DNA of 64,000 nucleotides, taken from assembly GCF_009914755.1 (NCBI RefSeq), contig NC_060931.1. One strand, given 5' to 3'. Below are positions 55,803-64,000 of this stretch, one piece after another. Source of the stretch: the human T2T-CHM13v2.0 reference genome, Homo sapiens. The first letter of the stretch is position 1; every line of letters starts with the position of its first letter. A program made the position numbers and the translations under genes. Below the pieces are notes generated by a model. The model was not told where the DNA came from, did no database searches, and worked only from the letters and a program-made list of their open reading frames with translations.

Positions 55803-57189
55803 TCAATTATTCTTTTTTTTTTTTCCTTTGAGACAAAGACTGACTCTGTCACCCGGGCTGGAGTGCAGTGGTGCAATCTTGGCTCACTGCAGCCTCCACC
55901 TCCCAAGTTGAAGTGATTCTCCTGACTCAGCCTCCCGAGTACCTAGGACTACAAGCATGCACCACCACTCCCAGCTAATTTTTGTATTTTTAGTAGAAAC
56001 AGGGCTTCACCATGTTGGCCAAGCTGGTCTCGAAATCCTGACCTCAGGTGATCCATCCGCCTCAGCTTCCCAAATTGCTGGGATTACAGGCATGAGCCAC
56101 TACACCTGGCCGATTAATTATTCTTATCATAACTCTTACAGCATCTTTTCTAGATCTTGAAGCCCTTCTGAAATGTCCTCAAACATTTTGGTTACTATTG
56201 GAAGGAAAACAAATTCTATTTACCCAAGTTTTTAGTGTGCTAGTGCAGGTGGCATTGTGTTATTGCTGAGATAAGGTCAATCAATTTATTTATCTGTATC
56301 AACAGCCACTAAATACTGGGCTTAAAAAATATTTAGTGTGCTTTGTGGGTGTAGTTTTCTCATCATGTATAAGTCTAGGGCTTGTGGCAAGAAGCAATTA
56401 TTCCCAAAATAACACACTTTGGAAGACTGACACAGGAGAATCGCTTCAGGCTAGGAGTTCCAGACCAGCCTGGGCAACATAGAGAGACCTCGTCTCCACA
56501 GAAAAATGAAAAAATAAGCTGGGCATGGTGGTGCATGCCTGTAGGCTCAGCTACTCAGGAGGCTGATGCAGGAGAATCGCTAAGCCCAGGGGTTCAAGGC
56601 TGCAGTGAGCCATGATTGCGCCACTGAACTCCAGCCTGGGCAACAGAGCAAGACCTTGTCTCTAAAAATCTGAGCCCCGTGGAACTTGGAACAACTCTCT
56701 TTCACCTGATGGATGTTCGTGCATTCGGGGATGCACAACACTGCCCTCTGCTGGACAGTGTTCCAGGAAGACTAAAAAAGTCAGTAGAATACACCAGTCA
56801 GAAATGGCACCAAAGGTCCAGAGGACCTGCTAGCAAGCTTACCTTTATTTGTTCACTAATCAAAGAACACTTAAAGGGCACCCACGCCGTGCCAGGCACT
56901 GTCCTGGTAGTAACGCAAAGATAGGCAGTGACTATTGCCCTCCAAGTGCTCCTTGTTAGAGAAGTTCTTTTTGACGCAAGCTGGGACACCTCCCCACCTG
57001 CGGGAATTCCCTGGACCTCAACTTTGCCCAGAACACATGTCTCGGGTACCACATCAAAGGCAACACAGGCCGGGCGCGTTGGCCCATGCCTGTAGCCCCA
57101 GCACCGTGGGAGACCAACACTGATTGCTTGATGCCAGTCTGGGCAATATAGCGAGACCCCATCTCTACAAAAAAAAAAAAATTATTTTA

Positions 57190-57620
<431 letters not shown>

Positions 57621-58361
57621 GATGATTCCATTTTTCTTCCATTTTCCATTCCCATTTGAAGGTCAAAATCCAGATTCCTAACTGTTGTTTGAGTCCACCC
57701 TTTAAATTTCTGCCAGGTGTTCATCCAATCTCTACCCAAATCCTCCTTGGGCAGGAGTCCAAGGTCCTCCAGCTCTGACTGGTCTGTCCTCAGATGGCAC
57801 TGACTCTTGGAGATCTCCTACCCAGGCTGGGTCAGTTCCTCCTCGTGTGAGTCCTTCAGTTAGTTAAAAATAGCAACCACGGTCCTTCAGTAAATATTGA
57901 TTGAGACCTACTCTGCACCCAACCCACTGTGCTAGCTGCTAGGGACATTGCAGGGAACAAGGCACAGTCTTTGTCCCAAGAACTCATTTTGGTTTGGCAT
58001 CCCTTGCTCCATTCAAGCAGGTCCATGCCACACCCCATGAGCAAAAGACCCCTAAGCCTGACCTCAAAGAAAACCCCTCTCTGTTAGTCAAGGCTCTTCT
58101 GGTAGCAAATAACAGAGAACAAAACTCAAATGGCCTCAAGAAAACAGAGAAGTGTGGACAAACGGTGGGCTATAAAGTTGCTTGGAATCTGAGGCAAATC
58201 GTTATTGCTTCCGAAATACAATTGAAAAGATGTGAAGCTGATGGATAGAAAGCCACAGAATTTTTAATATTGCTCTGATATCTAGCATCCTTCCTGAACT
58301 TTTATTTTAATTAAAATTGCTTCTATAGATTCTTTCAGATTTGTATATCATGGGCAGATAA

Positions 58362-58607
<246 letters not shown>

Positions 58608-58829
58608 TGATCTCGAACTCCTGACCTTAGGTGATCCACCTGCCTCGGCCTCCCAAAGTGCTGGGATTACAGGTGTGAGCCACCATGCCCGGCCTCATTC
58701 CAATTCTTACACCTTTTCCTTTTTGCTTATTTTTACACTTGTTAAGACCTCCAGTATAATGGAGAATGAAAGTAATGATAGTACACATCACTACTTTATT
58801 TTTAAATACTTTTTTCTTCTAGCTCTGAT

Positions 58830-62192
<3,363 letters not shown>

Positions 62193-62213
62193 AGAATTTG
62201 CCATTAATTATAA

Positions 62214-62687
<474 letters not shown>

Positions 62688-62727
62688 TCAGCTGAAACTT
62701 TCTGTGTCTCTTTTGTGGGTCTCATGA

Positions 62728-63096
<369 letters not shown>

Positions 63097-63678
63097 TAAC
63101 CTGTCCAATTCCTGTGATTACTGATATTCATTTATTTAATGAGTAACATTTTGTTTCTTAAAATCTAAAAAAAAAACTAAAACTGATATGAAAACATACA
63201 CTCAAAATTCTGAGTGATGAGGCACTAATGTTATTATCTTATTCTTTGTGCATTTCTATTTTTAATTTTTTTGTTTACAATGTCCAGTTACTTCCATTCC
63301 AGATTCACTGTGTATTAATCAATTTATCTTAAATTGATTTTTTGCAAAATAATTATATGAATAATGTATAAGAATGTTTACATAAAATCATTCAAAAGAA
63401 CAGTACCTAAATTGTTGAATTATTGATTTATCATAATAAGGAATTAGTTAATAATAAAATTTTGCATTTTTAATGAGAATAAAACTCATTAATTAATAAA
63501 CTTTTCCAGGATTCTTCTCTTTTGCTGCCTCCTAAAGACAATTCTGTCTCTCCTCTCTTCCCATATCTTCCAAGAAGAGCTTTAGTGATACAAAATCAGG
63601 AGAATGGGTAGAAAGACACCAGGATTGGAGATAAAATACTCAGAAATAAGTTGGGGTAACAAGTGAATAATAGTTTCA

Positions 63679-64000
<322 letters not shown>

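Overview
This is primate (human-like) genomic DNA that is very rich in Alu elements: roughly 65-70 Alu copies or fragments by eye. It also holds old L1, L2 and MIR remnants, MaLR/ERV LTRs, two Tigger DNA transposons, a decayed ERVL integrase fragment and several long tandem repeats. I find no intact protein-coding ORF; the supplied ORFs are Alu-, L1- or simple-repeat-derived, or chance. The only gene-like signal is a candidate first exon/promoter on the minus strand at about 9.36-9.75 kb (Kozak ATG, 12 codons, GT donor). I cannot name the gene. On that reading, 1-9.3 kb is its first intron and 10-64 kb is upstream/intergenic. I see no support for a new multi-gene system. The unusual content is structural: at least five short local duplications, including an Alu with what looks like a ~365-bp target-site duplication plus an inverted third copy, and a templated insertion splitting an ERVL integrase remnant. 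There is also a 38-bp TSD, a tight inverted-Alu hairpin, a p53-site-like minisatellite beside the candidate promoter, and two long VNTRs. Repeat family names come from memory of consensus sequences, and boundaries are approximate.
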